A stretch of 64,000 nucleotides of DNA from positions 99,388,001 through 99,452,000 of the forward strand of contig NC_086107.1 of assembly GCF_963921235.1 (NCBI RefSeq), given 5' to 3'. The notes below the pieces were generated by a model. It did not search any database, was not told where the DNA came from, and saw only the letters and a program-made list of their open reading frames with translations. Every line of letters starts with the position of its first letter. The first letter of the stretch is position 1. Positions 59,667 to 64,000 of the stretch are shown piece by piece. The stretch is from Mobula hypostoma. Taxonomy: Eukaryota. The translations under genes and the position numbers were made by a program.

Positions 59667-62067
59667 GCTTAGAGTCACAGACAGAGGCCCATCTAGTCCA
59701 TGCTGACCAAGAATGGCCCACCTGTACAAATCCTAATTTGAACCCTTTATTTTTAATTTTACTCATGTTCATATTAACTCCCTCCAATTCTACCCCTTAC
59801 CTGCAGACTAGGGGCACTTCCGGTTTAAGACGGTGAAGCCCAGCAAATACTTATCAGCAGCAAACCAAACAGAAGAATATAAGTAAACACCTTATCACTA
59901 ACACTTTTTCTGGTAAAACTTATGGTAAACGATCGCCGCAAACAACAGAGAGGCGAGCGGTGGGGATCCAGAGTCGGGGCGAGGTCCGTCCTTCAAAACT
60001 GAGAGCGAGGAAAGACCTGAGGTTTCATCGATCTTAACGGCGGGCCGATTTGGAAAGGTCAGGTCCAGGCCCGCAGCATACTGAAGTGACAGGGCCTGGG
60101 GCCTGGAGCTAGGAATGAGCCAGTGTTTGGACGATTTGAACACCAGGCCAGATTGTAAAGGCAGGGTGTCGGGACCAGAGGTGAGGGTGGGCCGGTTCTG
60201 CTCGCTGCCCTGCGACGTTTACTCGGCTCTGCACTGAACTGAGGCTGAGACCTGCTCCAGGCCTCAGGTCTGTAGACTCACTTCCATTCAGAACGCTGTT
60301 TGCTTACTCACATTGTCTGCACGATTTCTTTTTTTCCTCTCTGCACACTTGGTGTCTGAAAGTCATTTTTTACGGGTTCTTTTGGGATTCTTTGTGGCTG
60401 TCTGTAAGACGATGAACCTCAAGGCTGTATCGTGTATACATACTTTGAACTTTGAACAATTTTCAGTCGCCAATTAACGACAAGTATTTGGGACAAGAGA
60501 GGAAACTCATGTGCAAACTCCACATAGACAGCATCTGAGGTCAGGATTGAAGCCAGGTGTCTGGTGCTGTGAGGCAGCGACTCTGCTAGCTGTGAAAATG
60601 TGCTACCCCCTCATGGTGTCTAATCATCAGCCTTAACTCAAACCTCTGCTCTGTAGGAAGTCACTGCTCACTGCCCTCAGTTAGGGGAGGAGAAGTTCCT
60701 ACTTTATGGCCCACCATGTCTTCTGCCCCCTCACTGACCATCCAACAGTACAGAGCCCACAGCTCCAAATGAAACTTCAGCTTCTCCATCTCAGCTTCTG
60801 TCTGGTGGGCTGCTGGGGGCTGGGGGGAGGTGAGAGTTTAAAGGGTGGCAATTGGAAGTGACCCAGGCTGGCATGTGTACTCCTGGAGTAAGAAGGAAGC
60901 GAAGAGGAACAAGTCCAAACCCCTGTCTGCAAGTGTTGGAAGACTGAGGCTGCCAAAGACTCCCCTCGGGGAAGTGGGCACAAGGTGGTGCTTTGCCAGT
61001 CCTGTGGGAAGGAGCCAAGGAGATCCCGGTGAAATGCTGATGTGAGATGAGGCCCGACAAAAAAAGACTGTCAGCACAGTCTGAGGCTGAGTGAAATCTC
61101 CAGCATAGCCCTTTCTGTTCAGCCAAGACCAGAAGCTGTACCACTGTGGAAAGCCCCCACAGTTGGCACTGGACACTGCATCCTGGCACAGCTCCACCTC
61201 ACGCTCAGTAACAAGCAGTGCATACAGCCAAGAGACAGACCCCCCCCCCCACCCCACAGCCCCAGTAGACTTGTTTATTTATCACCCTGCTGGGACCCAC
61301 TCGAGGCAATGGAACACGCCCCCCGATCAGGACATGGGACACTGGATCCCAAAGAGCAAGAAATTAAGTAAAATCACCCAACTTCAGTTGATAGAACCAA
61401 ACCTGTGGCTGGGACCGGGGGTGAGGGGTCAAGATTGGGACGGGGGACAGTGTGATCGGATCTGGAAGTTAATCCCTGATAAGAAACTCGGGTCACACTT
61501 GCGAAGCCCTTGGAGAATTGGGGCTGGAGACCTGGCACTGGAGGGCAGGATTAACCGGGTGGTTCTCATTCAGCCAGCCAGCATATGAACAAACGAACGG
61601 TCTCCCTTTCTGACCTTAATTTCACAAAGCGCTGGAGTTGCTAGACTGGGAGGGAGCCACACACAGTCTGCGGTTCCATCGGTACTGTGAGTGTGGAAGG
61701 AGGTGGGACTGCCCTCCGTCAAACACTGGCCGGATTCACCCCCACCTTTCTCTGGCTAATACTTACCCAGTAACCCATCCAATTAAAAACAGATCAACTA
61801 TCCACTGAACACAATGTTCCACACCCTCCTGTGTTTCTATGGGTTCAATCTCTTCCTTTTATAACCTTTTCTTTTCCATTCCTCCTGCCTCCCACTCCGT
61901 TCAATCTGTCCACCATTTACACACAGTACCTTTCCACCATCTTCCTATTCCCTGTCCCCCACCTGCCTTCATCTGCTTAATTGTATTATCCTTACCTGCC
62001 CATTATTGCCCTTCACCTGTCACCGACCAGCCCACCTGGCTTCTCCCTCTCCCTCCCTTATACCAGC

Positions 62068-62530
62068 TACAGTACTGTGCAAAAGTCTTCGACACATACA
62101 CACTGTATAGCCAGGGAGCCCAAGACTTTTGCACAGTACTGTAGTAATTTTATGCACTGCACTGTACTGCTGCTGTAAAAAAAACCACACAATTTTGTGA
62201 GTGATGATAAACCTGATTCTGATATGGGTCTCTATTGTGGACTGAGAGTGGGAAGGGGGCAGGGAGAGGGGAATCATGGCTGGGAAAAGGAGAAGGGAGA
62301 GGGAAGTACCAGAGAGACATTCTGTAATGATCAATAAAGCAATCGTTTGGGATCAAATGATCCTGCCTGGTGTGTCAGGGCTGGCTGTGCCATCCCTCAC
62401 CCGGGCAGCCTCTTTCGGCCACCTGTTCCACACCCCTCCTGCGGCGCTCCACCCTCGCCATTCCCAACCTCCTTTGCTCCCACCAGATTTACAAACTCAC
62501 GTTCCACTCCACGTGGACAAATACAAAGGT
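62068..62530 (+). mobile_element. Second copy of the composite hairpin element (right end degraded)
   Basis: Collinear similarity to 29055-29530. Confidence 0.7.
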
Positions 62531-62761
62531 CACGGCTACACTCTCAATCCTGATGCAGTGTTCCAGCTCTCCCTCTGACTTCACAGACGCTGCCTGACCC
62601 ACTGAACTCCTCCGACAGTCTGTCTGTTGCTCCAGATCTCGGTCTCAGCTACTCATTCACTGCCCTGGCTGTTATCAGTTTACGCTCGGGCTGACTTCGA
62701 TGATGTGAAGTATTGGGCGGTGAGGATGGGACACAACGGATGGAAGTTGCTGCTTTCTTAC

Positions 62762-62994
62762 CGTACACCGCTGGACCTCAGTGCAGAACCGGAGCTCCGA
62801 GAAGAACTTCATGATGGACTCGGTGCTGACGGCCACCCCTTCCTCCAGCGTCCGAATCTTACTGTGCACAATCGCCTCCTTCAGGCCCACGTTGGTCACT
62901 AATAGGGGTCCCATCTGACTCTTGTGGGTCGCCTGGTTGGAATCAGTTGTCACAGCAACATGGAATGCATCCTTCCTCTCCTTCCATATTCCAG
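62762..62994 (-). CDS. FAM234B: FAM234B-like protein, penultimate coding exon (gene continues beyond the window end)
   Basis: atacag| ... ACG|gtaaga; only one frame is open: GIWKERKDAFHVAVTTDSNQ...LLVTNVGLKEAIVHSKIRTLEEG...IMKFFSELRFCTEVQRCT. It resembles the FAM234B C-terminal region as I recall it (GI...KDAF.V..TT...F.S.I.F.E). The tail-to-tail arrangement with GSG1 matches human. Confidence 0.7.
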
Positions 62995-64000
62995 CTGTAT
63001 GAAGATATCCCATTAAATTTCACAGTACAGTATCATGGATTAAGAAGGGCAAGAGTTGATCACCTTAAAATCAATTTAAAATAGGTTTGCATTGACATAA
63101 CCCTGTTGATGTAAACAAACTTCTATAAAGAGCATCGTAAGTGGTTGCATTACAGCCTGGTATGGAAACACCGATACCCAGGCTCAGAAAAGACTCCTCT
63201 TAGGAAAGACAGGAGTTGCTCAGTATTCATTCACCCCATTTACAAGCAGTGGGCCTCTGTCGGTCGGAGTCTACTGTGGATTTTGCATCCTGGCTGTCTA
63301 CGCGATACGCAAGCCAGGACAGTACGACACGGAGAGCAAGCTGTTTCCCATTCAGCAGGCTGCCCCTCTCCACGCAGCCGATGCATCCAAAGGAACAGCA
63401 GAGACCGATACAGTCTGGCACCAGCAGCCCGTCAGCATTCAGCCTCTCGCCTCTGGTCTGCTCTTCAGTGAAACGGGGACCTTGGTGCCCCCTTCCTGTA
63501 CTGAATCCCTTGAAGCTCTGGTACTCAACGTAGAACTGCCTTAGGGATGCCAGTTCCGGATTTTCCCCCTCGGGGTTTACTCCTGAAGCCTTCCCCATGA
63601 GTGGATACAGCCGCAGGGCAGCGCAAATTTGAGCTAAGAGTTTTCCTTCTCCTAGATGAGCTGCCAACCATGGCTGATGAGTGCCATCTGCCCGAATTTA
63701 CAACCAGAGCCTCAAGGGATTCGATGGATATAGAGACAGTGCGGGAAGCTGGCACCAAGGCAAAAGGTCAGTCACAATTTCACTGGAACAGATCAGAGCG
63801 GAGGGACTGAATGGCCTCGTCTCCTCCTCCCTCTTATGCAAGCTGCAGCTTCATAGAGAACGTTCAGCACAGTAAAATGTTCCAGGACACCTTACAGGAT
63901 TGCTATCAAAGAACAAATTACCACCGTCTAAAAGCTCATCCCCTCCCACCCCCTCACCCTCTCCAGAAACCTGGGTTCAATCCTGATCAATCAAGCGGAG

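Noticed and set aside
60769..60829. Signal-peptide-like MKLQLLHLSFCLVGCWGLGG followed by |gtgaga on +
   Set aside because: No downstream partner exon found; lies antisense in the FAM234 intron next to decayed repeat-like sequence; probably chance

Overview
Eukaryotic, intron-rich vertebrate genomic DNA. The repeat landscape (CR1, L2, Penelope-like, tRNA-derived SINEs) suggests a cartilaginous fish such as a ray; this is inference. Most of the window is decayed and nested transposable elements, and most long six-frame ORFs are TE or low-complexity artefacts. Three host genes were reconstructed by hand with phase-consistent GT-AG junctions. (1) A complete 12-exon HAP40/F8A1 gene (huntingtin-associated protein 40; + strand, CDS 14529-33050, 317 aa) with a CpG-island promoter. 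(2) A 5-coding-exon GSG1-family claudin-like tetraspan gene (+, 40228-48189, 285 aa). (3) The 3' end of a convergent FAM234B-like gene (-; exon 62762-62994 and probable terminal exon from 59523). No wholly new biological system can be proven from the sequence. The best leads are the ancestral multi-exon HAP40 locus, a divergent GSG1-FAM234 pair, near-identical young CR1 copies bracketing both complete genes, a composite hairpin-ended transposon, and a minisatellite that supplies a splice acceptor.
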